Shown: piece after piece, positions 36,259 to 47,664 of the stretch | Layout: each line of letters opens with the position of its first letter | How positions within the stretch are numbered: position 1 is the stretch's first letter | DNA from: Ranitomeya imitator | Lineage: Eukaryota | Direction of reading: 5' to 3' | Length of the DNA stretch: 64,000 nt | NCBI RefSeq assembly: GCF_032444005.1 | Contig: NC_091284.1 | Span: forward strand, 552,606,001-552,670,000 | Translations under genes and position numbers: made by a program | The notes under the pieces: generated by a model | What the model was told of the DNA's origin: nothing | What the model saw: only the letters and a program-made list of their open reading frames with translations | The model's database searches: none

Positions 36259-39200
36259 ATGGACATTCAAGGTCTGTCCTCTTGTGTGGATCATCTCACT
36301 GTAAGGGTACAAAACATTCAAGATTTTGTGGTTCAGAATCCGATGTTAGAGCCTAGAATCCCAATTCCTGATTTGTTTTCTGGGGATAGATCTAAGTTCC
36401 TGAATTTCAAAAATAATTGTAAACTGTTTCTTGCTTTGAAACCCCGCTCCTCTGGTGACCCCGTTCAACAAGTAAAAATCATTATTTCTTTGTTGCGTGG
36501 TGACCCTCAAGACTGGGCATTTTCCCTTGCGCCAGGAGATCCTGCATTGCGTGATGTAGGTGCGTTTTTTCTGGCGCTTGGATTGCTTTATGATGAACCA
36601 CATTCAGTGGATCAGGCAGAGAAAATCTTGCTGGCTTTGTGTCAGGGTCAGGATGAAGCGGAGGTATATTGTCAGAAGTTTAGAAAGTGCTCTGTGCTTA
36701 CTCAGTGGAATGAGCGTGCCCTGGCGGCAATTTTCAGAAAGGGTCTTTCTGAAACCCTTAAGGATGTCATGGTGGGATTTCCCACGCCTGCTGGTCTGAA
36801 TGAGTCTATGTCCTTGGCCATTCAGATCAATCGGCGCTTGCGGGAGCGCAAAGCTGTGCACCATTTGGTGGTATTCTCTGAGCATAGGCCTGAGCCTATG
36901 CAATGTGATAGGACTTTGACCAGAGCTGAACGGCAAGAACACAGACGTCAGAATGGGCTGTGTTTTTACTGTGGTGACTCCACTCATGCTATCTCCGATT
37001 GTCCTAAGCGCACTAAGCGGTTCGCTAGGTCTGCCACCATTGGTACGGTACAGTCTAAATTTTTTTTGTCCGTTACTCTGATTTGCTCTTTGTCATCCTA
37101 TTCTGTTATGGCATTTGTGGATTCAGGCGCTGCCCTGAATTTGATGGACTTAGAGTTTGCCAGGCGCTGTGGTTTTTTCTTGAAGCCCATGCAGTATCCT
37201 ATTCCATTGAGAGGAATTGTTGCTACGCCTTTGGCCAAGAATAAGCCTCAGTACTGGACTCAATTGACCATGTGCATGGCTCCTGCACATCAGGAGGATA
37301 TTCGCTTTTTGGTGTTGCATAATCTGCATGATGTGGTCGTTTTGGGGTTGCCATGGCTACAGGTCCATAATCCAGTATTGGATTGGAAATCTATGTCTGT
37401 GGCCAGCTGGAGTTGTCAAGGGGTACATGGTGATGTTCCATTGCTGTCAATTTCGCCTTCCACTCCTTCTGAAGTCCCTGAATTTTTGTCGGATTACCGG
37501 GATGTTTTTGATGAGCCCAAATCCAGTGCCCTACCTCCTCATAGGGATTGCGATTGTGCTATTAATTTGATTCCTGGTAGTAAGTTTCCTAAGGGCCGAC
37601 TGTTCAATTTATCGTGCCAGAGCACGCCGCTATGCGGAGTTATATAAAGGAATCCTTGGAGAAAGGTCATATTCGCCCGTCGTCATCACCGTTGGGAGCA
37701 GGGTTCTTTTTTGTGGCCAAGAAGGATGGTTCTTTGAGACCTTGTATTGATTACTGCCTTCTTAATAAGATCACAGTCAAATTTCAGTACCCTTTGCCGC
37801 TGCTGTCTGATTTGTTTGCTCGGATTAAGGGGGCTAGTTGGTTCACCAAGATAGATCTTCGAGGGGCGTATAATCTTGTGCGTATTTAACAGGGCGATGA
37901 ATGGAAAACAGCATTTAATACGCCCGAGGGCCATTTTGAGTACCTGGTTATGCCATTCGGGCTTTCTAATGCTCCATCTGTATTTCAGTCCTTTATGCAT
38001 GACATCTTCCGAGAGTACCAGGATAGATTCATGATTGTATATTTGGATGATATTTTGGTCTTTTCGGATGAATGGGAATCTCATGTAAAGCAGGTCAGAA
38101 TGGTGTTCCAGGTCCTTCGTGCGAATTCCTTGTTTGTGAAGGGGTCAAAGTGTCTCTTTGGAGTTCAGAGGGTTTCATTTTTGGGTTTCATTTTTTCCCC
38201 TTCTACTATCGAGATGGACCCTGTTAAAGTTCAGGCCATTTATGATTGGACTCAGCCGACATCTGTGAAGAGCCTGCAGAAGTTCCTGGGCTTTGATAAT
38301 TTTTACCGTCGCTTCATCGCTAATTTTTCTAGTGTTGCTAAACCGTTGACTTATTTTACCAAGAAAGGTGCTGATGTGGTCAATTGGTCCTCTGCCGCTG
38401 TAGAGGCTTTTCAGGAGTTGAAGCGTCGTTTTTCTTCTGCCCCTGTGTTGTGCCACCCAGATGTTTCGCTCCCGTTTCAGGTCGAGGTTGATGCTTCTGA
38501 GATTGGAGCAGGGGCTGTTTTGTCGCAAAGAAGTTCTGATGGCTCGGTGATGAAACCATGTGCCTTCTTTTCTAGAAAGTTCTCGCCTGCTGAGCGCAAT
38601 TATGATGTTGGCAATCGAGAGTTGTTGGCCATGAAGTGGGCATTCGAGGAGTGGCGACATTGGCTTGAAGGAGCCAAGCATCGCGTGGTGGTTTTGACGG
38701 ATCACAAGAATTTGACTTATCTCGAGTCTGCCAAGCGGTTGAATCCTAGACAGGCTCGATGGTCGCTGTTTTTCTCCCGTTTTGATTTTGTGGTTTCGTA
38801 CCTTCCGGGCTCTAAGAATGTGAAGGCTGATGCCCTGTCAAGGAGTTTTGTGCCTGACTCTTCGGGTGTTCCTGAGCCAGCGGGTATTCTCAAAGAGGGG
38901 GTAATTTTGTCTGCCATCTCCCCTGATTTGCGGGTGCTGCAGAAGTTTCAGGCTGATAGACCTGACGTTGTCCAGCGGAGAAACTGTTTGTCCCTGATAG
39001 ATGGACTAGTAGAGTTATCTCTGAGGTTCATTGTTCGGTGTTGGCTGGTCATCCTGGAATCTTTGGTACCAGAGATTTGTTGGCTAGATCCTTTTGGTGG
39101 CCTTCTTTGTCACGGGATGTGCGTTCTTTTGTGCAGTCCTGTGGGACTTGTGCTCGGGCTAAGCCCTGCTGTTCTCATGCCAGTGGGTTGCTTTTGCCCT

Positions 39201-40315
39201 TGCCGGTCCCAAAGAGGCCCTGTACGCATATTTCCATGGATTTTATTTCAGATCTCCCTGTCTCTCAAAGGATGTCGGTCATTTGGGTGGTTTGTGATCG
39301 CTTCTCTAAGATGGTCCATTTGGTACCCTTGTCTAAATTGCCTTCCTCCTCTGATTTGGTGCCATTGTTTTTTCCAGGATGTGGTTCGTTTGCATGGCAT
39401 TCCGGAGAACATCATCTCGGACAGAGGTTCCCAGTTTGTTTCGAGGTTTTGGCGGTCCTTTTGTGCTAAGATGGGCATTGATTTGTCTTTTTCTTCGGCT
39501 TTCCATCCTCAGACAAATGGCCAAACCGAACGAACTAATCAGACTTTGGAAACATATCTGAGATGCTTTGTTTCTGCTGATCAGGATGATTGGGTGTCCT
39601 TCTTGCCTTTGGCTGAGTTCGCCCTTAATAATCGGGCCAGCTCGGCTACTTTGGTTTTGTCGTTTTTCTGTAATTCTGGTTTTCATCCTCGTTTCTCTTC
39701 AGGGCAGGTTGAGCCTTCGGACTGTCCTGGTGTGGATACTGTGGTGGACAGGTTGCAGCAGATTTGGACTCATGTGGTGGACAATTTGACATTGTCCCAG
39801 GAGAAGGCTCAATGTTTCGCTAACCGCCGGCGCTGTGTTGGTCCCCGACTTCGTGTTGGGGATTTGGTTTGGTTGTCGTCTCGTTATGTTCCTATGAAGG
39901 TTTCCTCTCCTAAGTTTAAGCCTCGTTTCATTGGTCCGTATAAGATTTCTGAAGTTCTCAATCCTGTGTCATTTTGTTTGGCCCTTCCAGCTTCTTTTGC
40001 CATCCATAATGTGTTCCATAGGTCGTTATTGCGGAGATACGTGGCGCCTATGGTTCCCTCCGTTGATCCTCCTGCCCCGGTGTTGGTCGAGGGGGAGTTG
40101 GAGTATGTGGTGGAGAAGATTTTGGATTCTCGTATTTCGAGACGGAAACTCCAGTACCTGGTCAAGTGGAAGGGTTATGGTCAGGAAGATAATTCCTGGG
40201 TTTTTGCCTCTGATGTTCATGCTGCTGATCTAGTTCGTGTCTTTCATTTGGCTCGTCCTAATCGGCCTGGGGGCTCTGGTGAGGGTTCGGTGACCCCTCC
40301 TCAAGGGGGGGGTAC
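36259..40315 (+). pseudogene. gag-pol: gag-pol copy 3 (inactivated)
   Basis: Same domains and lesions, plus a private 1-bp deletion at ~38966. Confidence 0.95.
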
Positions 40316-41111
40316 TGTTGTGAATTCTGTTACCGAACTCCCTCCTGTGGTCATGAATGGTACTTCGGCGAGTTCTGTCCATGGACTCCCTCTGGTGGCT
40401 GTGAGTGGAGCTGCTGCTTCTGAGGTTCCTTCCACAGGTGACTTGGTTTATTCTTTGGCTGGCTGCTCTATTTAACTCCATTCAGATCGTTACTCCATGC
40501 CAGCTGTCAATGTTCTTGTACTGGTTCAGTTCGCTCTTGGATCTGTCTGGTGACCTGTCTACTCCAGCAGAAGCTAAGTCCCTGCTAGTTAATTATTTGT
40601 TCATTGTTTTCTTGTCCAGCTTGCTATCATGATTTTGCCTTGCTAGCTGGAAGCTCTGGGATGCAGAGTGGCACCTCCGCACCGTGAGTCGGTGCGGAGG
40701 TCTTTTTGCACACTCTGCGTGGTCTTTTTGTAGTTTTTTGTGCTGACCGCAAAGATACCTTTTCTATCCTCAGTCTGTTTAGTAAGTCTGGCCTCCCTTT
40801 GCTGAAACTTGTTTCATTCCTGTGTTTGTGACTTTCATCTTAACTCACAGTCAATATATGTGGGGGGCTGCCTTTTCCTTTGGGGAATTTCTCTGAGGCA
40901 AGGTAGGCTTTATTTTCTTTCTCTAGGGCTAGTTAGCTCTTAGGCTGTGAAGAGGCGTCTAGGCAGCGTTAGGTACGCTCCACGGCTATTTCTAGTGTGT
41001 GTGATAGGATTAGGGGTTGCGGTCAGCATAGCTCCCACTTCCCAGAGCTTGTTCTGTGTTAGTTTAACCATCAGGTTGTTCCGGGTGCTCCTAACCACCA
41101 GGTCCATAATA
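40316..41111 (+). repeat. Array LTR4 (796 bp, diverged from LTR1-3)
   Basis: Has a 30-bp segment (TTCCCAGAGC...GTTTAAC) absent from LTR1-3 and about a dozen substitutions. Confidence 0.95.
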
Positions 41112-44100
41112 CAGAACCTCCTCACGGGCGTGTCTACCATTTGTACCTTCTGTAGACTCAGGCTATGTCAGAGTATATCAAGGATAATCTGGTGAGGGGG
41201 TTTATTGATAAGTCGGTGTCTCCTGCTGGGGCGAGGTTCTTCTTTATCCAGAAGAAGAACGGGGAATTTCAATCTTGCATTGATTAAAAGGGTTTGAATT
41301 CCATTACCATTAAGAACAAATAACCTTTGCCACTCCTTTCTGAGTTGTTTGACAGACTGCTAGGATATTTTCTAAACTAGATCTGCGTGACAGCTATAAC
41401 TTAATACATATTCAAGAAGGAGACGAATGGAAAACTGCGTTTAATACTCGGGACGGTCATTATGAGTACCTGGTAATGCCATTTGGTCTCTCTAATGCTC
41501 CAGCCATCTTGCAGGATTTCGTCAATGATATTTTCTGGGAGATGTTTCCCACATCCGTAGTCGTCTACCTGGACGACATACTTAATTTTGTCTCCCAATC
41601 TGGATACTCACCGTAGAGATGTGGCCAGGGTCCTTGAACTTTTGCGCACCAACTCTCTCTACGCCAAACTAGAGAAGTATGTGTTTGAGCAAGAGTCCCT
41701 ACCATTCCTTAAGTACATCATTTCACCCCAAGGTTTGGCTATGGATCCTGCCAAGGTGGAATTGGTATTGAATTGGCAGGAGCCACATTCCCTTAACGCG
41801 GTTAAGCGCTTCATGGGGTTTATTAACTACTACCACCAGTTAATCCCCCACTTCTCTACTCTGGCAACTCCCTTCGTAGCCCTCACCAAGAAGGGAGCTA
41901 ACACTAAGCAATGGACTGAGGAGGTCTCCAAGGCCTTTGCTTCCTTGAAGTCCCACTTTGTCAGGGCCCCTGTGCTACATCAGCCTGATGTGGATAAACC
42001 CTTCATCCTGGAGGTGGATGCCTCTTCTGTCAGTATATGAGTTGTCCTTTATCAAAAGGATGCTCACATATGCTAACACCCTTGTTTCCTTTTCTCTAAG
42101 ATCATTTCACTGGCTGAGAGGAATTATTTTATTGGGGACAGGGGGTTACTGGCCATGAAGTTGGCATTCTCAGAGTGGAGATATCTCCTAGAGGGAGATT
42201 GGCATCCCTTCCAAGTATTCACGGATGACAAAAATCTGCTCTATCTGCAGACGGACCAACAGCTGAATTCTCGCCAGGCCAGGTGTTCCTTATTCTTCTC
42301 CCGATTGAATGTCACTTTTCATTTTCTTTCTTGGGAGAATAAACTGTGTGCTGATGCCCTATCCCGTTCCATATTATCATCCAAGGAAAGGGACGAGTCA
42401 CGGCTAATTGTCCCCTCGAAGAGTCTCCGAATGGTGGCTCTGGTCTTGGTCGAGCAGGTGCCTCCGGGCAAATCTTATGTTACAAGCTAACCTGCAGCTG
42501 GAGGTTCTCTCTTGGGCTCACACTTCTAAGTTAGGTGGGCAATTTGGCATCAAGAGGACTACTGAGCTTTTGGAGAGGTCTTAATGGTGGCCGCAGATTG
42601 TGTGTGACGTGAGGGACTACGTTCATGCTTGTGTATCTTGTGCCAGGAATCAGCCTCCCTAGCTGAGACCCATGGGCTTGCTTCGTCATTTGCCATAGGA
42701 TGATAGGCCATGGGAGATGGTCGGGATGAACTTTTTGGTGTACCTGCACAAGTCCCGTAACAACACAGTTATTTGGGTAGTCACCAACCAATTCGTCAAG
42801 ATAATTACGATGAATCCAGCAGGAATGCAGTAAAATCAATTAATTTATTTTTTTATTTAAAAAAAGGAGGGGTTATATCCTATGGTACACCACTTGTAAA
42901 TAAGTTATAATTTCAGCATTATGCACATATGGCAGCGTTCTTCCGATGCGTTTCGACTGACATCTTAATCATGATTAAGACGTCAGTCGAAACACGACGG
43001 AAGAACGCTTTTTTAAATGAAGAAATAAATTCATTGATTTTACTACATTCCTGCTGGATTCATCGTATTTTTCTGTGGACTGAGTGCTCAACTTTTCCGT
43101 TCAGGAACAGATGTGGAACAGCCGATATTCAGGTGAGCTATTTTTTGTTTTTTTTGTGGATTTCTCCAAGATGGTACATCTGGTCCCCCTTCCATGTGTA
43201 CCCTTGGCACGTGCTTTGGCAGTACTTTTCGTGAAGCATATTTTTCACCTTCACAGGATGCCTGACAAGATTGTCAGTGACCGGGGTCCCCAGTTCATCT
43301 CTCGGTTCAGAAGAGAGCTTTGTCAGTTTCTCAATATTGAGATCAATCTCTACCGTGTATCATCCTGAGACAAATGACCTGGTGGAGAGGGCCACTGGTC
43401 ATGTACCTTTGGCATTTTGTCTTTGCCAGGCATGATGACTGGGCATCCTTAGTGCATTGGGTGGAGATTGCTCTAAATAATTCCATCTTCGATTCCACAA
43501 GCCATTACTCCTTAACTATGGTCAGCATCCGCGTGTTCCCGTGCCCATGCCCATCTCATCTTACAACCCTAGGGTGGTGGACTGGGCAGTAGAGGCTCAT
43601 GACATTTGGGACTGCATGAAAGATGCCATTAGGGATTCTAAGGAAAGAATGAGGAACTCCGCCGACGTGCACTGTCATCCCGCTCTGGTCTTCGCCCCTG
43701 GGGATTTATTGCAGCTCTCGACTCATAACATAAGACTGCGTGTGGAGTCCACTAAATTTGGTCCCTGCTATCTAGGTCCTTTCAAGGTCCTGCAACAAGT
43801 GAAAGCGGTAGTCTATTGTCTTAGTCTTCCACCACATCTAAACATCACCGACACCTTCCATGTGTCTTTGTTGAAACCCGTTTATACGACCTGGTCTTCT
43901 TGGACTCCTGCTGGGAGCTCGGATACATCTCTGGACGAATTTGGAGTCAATGCCATTGTCTGATCCAAGGTGGTACGTGGCAAAAATTTTTTGGGGGTGA
44001 ACTGGAAAGGTCATGGCCAGCGGATAGGACCTTGGAGCCTATAAAGCACATTTGTACCCCCAGCTTATTGCGGCTTTCGAGCGTGGTGAACATCCCCGGG

Positions 44101-44119
44101 GGATGTTAGCGGGGGGTAA
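41112..44119 (+). pseudogene. Host Gypsy (family B), piece 3: RT, RNase H, integrase, chromodomain remnants and PPT
   Basis: YLDD (tacctggacgac ~41567), RNase H FILEVDASSV and FQVFTDDKNL, integrase IVSDRGPQF, PPT GCGGGGGGTAA at ~44109-44119; heavily decayed. Confidence 0.88.
42803..43161. mobile_element. Penelope-like insertion with inverted arms and two hammerhead-like motifs
   Basis: Degraded 11-bp TSD TTCGTCAAGAT (42792-42802) / TTCTCCAAGAT (43162-43172); inverted repeat 42806-43067 centred on CATG (42970-42973). Confidence 0.7.
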
Positions 44120-45017
44120 TGTTAGGCTCCAGTTTTCTCCCGCTGCACAGCGTAGATCCCAAGCCTTGCCTGCATCTGCGGTCTCCCATTCAGCTTTGGT
44201 CACTGCAGGTGCTGCTGAGCATAGATCTTGGTCCCAGCATCTTGCTCAGGATCATGCTGTTCATCTGTTTACTTCTGGCTCTTCAGCCAAGCCTATGGTA
44301 ACCAGCGGAAGGCAGTGACAGGCGAACGCTCTGGAGACTAAGTCCAGAAATCACCTTACTGAGCATGCACGTAATGTGGCGATGTCTCATTGGTGGTCGG
44401 TCGTCAGCTGCTCTGGTGATGCGGTAGCTCTGGATTGGTCCGCAAGCAAGGTCCTGTCCAAATGGACATGATCTGAATGTATAAAAGGTCCTATGAGGCA
44501 CATGCAGGTATGCTAGTATCAACCTAACTTCATGTGTGAATGGGACACTGCATCGGTGTGGTCTTTGTCAGCATGTGCTCAGGGTCGGCAGTAAGCCATT
44601 AGAATTCTGGTTCTCCGGGGAGGAGATTGCATGAATTCAGGGCTGGCATTTAGCCCTTAGAATTCTGGCACCTCCGGAGAGGAGTTTTTTGTGTGCTTTG
44701 CTGACTGTGTGACCACTGATTGCGTTTTCCCCATGAGCAGGCTTCCATCCCCTGTGAGGTTAACAGGTATCATACCTAGCATCATACCTTTTCTGTTACT
44801 GTGTGTGTGACACAGTTCTATTTCATCTATTCCGCTTCTGTGTGCGAGTGACACAGCTTCATGTGCTGTTCACTGAGTGATGTTTAACTCAGTGTGTGCA
44901 AGCAATCGCTCACTGTGTGTTCTGTAATTGTTCACACTAGCTGCAGTTTTACATCTCTGCACGGTGGACCCCGGGTTGCGATTGCACTTCTCTATTAAAT
45001 TTATTTAATGCAATCCA
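44120..45017 (+). repeat. 3' LTR of host Gypsy (family B), right end truncated
   Basis: Starts TGTTAGG right after the PPT; ATAAAAG TATA-like box ~44481; no CA terminus or TSD found. Confidence 0.7.
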
Positions 45018-45019
45018 TG

Positions 45020-45460
45020 GGAAATTAGAAGCTGCCATAACCCAATCGAATCTGTTACCTACAGGCGATGATTAGATGACCTGTTTACCTCACTTGCTAT
45101 GAGTGCCGACCATAAGGCAGCGCTCATAGCAATCCAGCATTGACAAACAGAGGTCTCCAGGAGACCTCTGGATGTCATGCCAACCCATTGGTGACCCGCG
45201 ATCACGTAACATTGGTCACTGATAGGCGGATTTCTGGCACGATTGCAGGAAGCGCATGTTAAATGCCGCTGTTAGTGTTTAACAGCGACATTTAGAGGGT
45301 TAATAGCCGTGGGTGGATTGCAATTCCATCTGCAGCTGTTTTGGGCACATGTTAGCTGCTCAAAACAGCTGACATGTGACGGGAAAGATTTGGGCTTACC
45401 GCCGGAGCCCGTTCTAAGGGGAGACATGACATGCGCAGTACTATTATGGCACTATTATAA
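45020..45460. mobile_element. piggyBac-like non-autonomous fragment
   Basis: Similar in inverse orientation to parts of 48767-49100 (e.g. GAGGTCTC..GGAGACCTCT, TTAAATGCCGCTG, CAGCTGACATGTG). Confidence 0.6.
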
Positions 45461-45906
45461 AAAAAATACAGGGGAACCCATGCAATTGTTTTAAAAATTA
45501 TTTATTTACAGTGCAGGAGCCGACTAATTAATACACCCATCAGCCCCATCTGTTATTGCTGTTATTAGCAGCGAGAGTCATCTGATAGGAGCTGCAGTCC
45601 CATTAGCTGATGCCAGTTATTGGAGGTAAACTTTATACCTCCGATCACAGCTGCGCGCTTATGCTGTCTTTTGACAGCGTGTGAATAACGTCTCTCTGAC
45701 CAGTGGGAATGATTTCCCTGTCAATCAAGAGCTGTGTTTCCCATGCTGTCATGCACATGACAGCGTGACAAACACCCGGCGCTTGGGCAGCCAAACCTGA
45801 ACAGTAACACGGACTTCCTGGTGAAGTCCATGTTCAGAATCCATGCCCGAACAGTAGATGTTCGGTATGTATGCCGAACTTTACTGTTCAGGTTCACCCA
45901 TCTCTA
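45461..45906. mobile_element. hAT-type MITE, right arm (partner of 17577-18535)
   Basis: Ends GGTTCACCCATCTCTA; inverse complement of the left-arm sequence. Confidence 0.75.
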
Positions 45907-46205
45907 GTCTGAATATTGAAGACTGTTAATGATTTGTCCAGCAATTTTGATTCTTTCTTATTTTTCAGCAAATACAGCCTTCCTGAAAATAGATTCTGCA
46001 TATAATTTAAAGAATAATGGTGACAGAATGCAGTCTTTTACGACGCCTTGCTCTATTTTGAACCATATTGTGAAACTGTGTTCTGTTGGGATAATTACTT
46101 CTTGGTTGATGTAAAGGTTCCTAATGAGGCTAATCAGATGGTTTGGCACACCCATATCCTTCATTGTTATGGAGTGATCTGGGTTGGAGTAGTGATATTG
46201 CAATC
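45907..46205 (-). pseudogene. RTE/BovB-like LINE, 5'-most piece (RT core)
   Basis: Minus-strand MGVPNHLISLIRNLYINQE...WFKIEQG..CILSPLFFKLYAE, then NSLQY(S)D at the MITE junction. Confidence 0.88.
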
Positions 46206-46403
46206 ACTATGGGCAGCACTGACAGGTACACAAGAAAAGCAATGTAGTTAAATAATCAGCAGGTAGCATAGTCAGGAATAGCCAGGGGTTGGAATATGGA
46301 AGCAGCAATAGATGTTGCAATGAAGGAGCAGGTGAAAGGAAGCTCGACTAAAGGCTGGTAACTCAGTAATCTCACAAGGAAGGAAGTGCAATGCCAGGTT
46401 TAA

Positions 46404-47664
46404 CCTATTTCCCACCTAAGACATATCCATACGTCCCTGTGACCTGGACCTTAATGACCTAGAATGTATGGATATGTCTCAGTGATTTTCCAAGCCCACA
46501 GGCTGTGCATGCATGACCGCCGCCAGGTGTTAGCTGATTTTAACAGCTGGCACCCTGCACTCAGTACTTGGAGCAGTCCTGCACTGCTCCTGGCACTTTA
46601 AACTTCTAAATGCTGAGACTGAACTGGATCGCAGCATTTCAGCAGGAGGCAAAGGAAAGACAGCCCCTTTGCCGTTGTATCGGAGGCTTTGTGACATCAT
46701 CGCAGGTTCTCGATCATTTCCATGGTGGCCCAATGTCATCATGACAAGAAATGGGTCACCAGAGCTAGCAAATTTGCTTTATCATGCTCAGAGCATGATC
46801 AGCATCTGCCTGTCAGTGCAGCGCAGTTATGCTATACAAGCTATCAGCCTGCAAAACACGAAAGTAGGACAAAGTAGTAGGACAAAGTAAAAAAAGTTAA
46901 AGAAAGTTTAAAATGTTTGTACTGTATATATATTGTACCCATGAATAAATATTTTTATGGAAGAAATATTTAAACAATAAAAGTACACATATTTGATATT
47001 GCCATGTCAGGAACGAACTGACCTATGAAACTATCCCACTATTTAACCCAATACATAAATAAATAAAAAACAAGGCAAAAACTAAGCTTTATCATCATAC
47101 CACCTAACAAAAAGTGGAATAAAATGTGATTAAAAAAAAAGAAATTAACATTGTACAGTTGAAAATGTCTTCTTGTCCCGCAAAAAAACAAACCATCATA
47201 CAGCTCCATAAGCGGAAAAATAAAAAAGTTATAGCTTTCAGAATAAAATGATGCAAAAATAATTTTTTCTATAAAATAGCTTTGATTGTGTTAAAGCCCC
47301 AAAACATAAAAAAGATATAAATGAGATATCACTGCAATCATACTGACTCAAAGCATAAAGCTTCCTTATCGAATGTACCACATGCGGAATGACACAAACC
47401 CCCCTCCCCAAACAATTCCTGAATTGCTGTTTTTTGTCCATTCTGCCTCCCAAAAATCGGAATAGAAAGCGATCAAAAATGTTATGTATCTAAAAATGGT
47501 ACAAATAAAGACTTCAACTCGTCCCGCAAAATACAAGCCCATACATGAGTGTGGGCTAAAATGTGGAAAAATTGTAGCTCTTAAAATCTGGTGATGCAAA
47601 AACTATTTTTTGCAATAAAAAGCTTTTTTTAAGTGTGTGACAGCAGCCAAACATAAACCTAATA
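46404..47664. mobile_element. piggyBac-like non-autonomous sequence, left of the Tc1
   Basis: Begins after TTAA (46400-46403); AT-rich subterminal blocks inverse to 51506-52400. Confidence 0.55.

Larger units (their letters stand above)
25437..41111 (+). mobile_element. Head-to-tail tandem array of a chromodomain Gypsy element: LTR-int-LTR-int-LTR-int-LTR
   Basis: LTR starts at 25437, 30397, 35357, 40316 (periods 4960, 4960, 4959); single flanking duplication (CA)GAAC at 25431-25436 and 41112-41117. Confidence 0.97.

Noticed and set aside
37950-40475. 841-aa ORF that looks like an intact pol
   Set aside because: Chimeric frame made by the private 1-bp deletion at ~38966 plus the shared frameshift at ~39374; the middle is off-frame and the upstream RT is broken.
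19971-40481. Many 60-280 aa ORFs antisense to or overlapping the Gypsy coding regions (e.g. 20396-21226, 28255-28860, N-terminal half of 29069-30556)
   Set aside because: Shadow or off-frame translations of gag-pol with no domain motifs; they recur only because the DNA is repeated.
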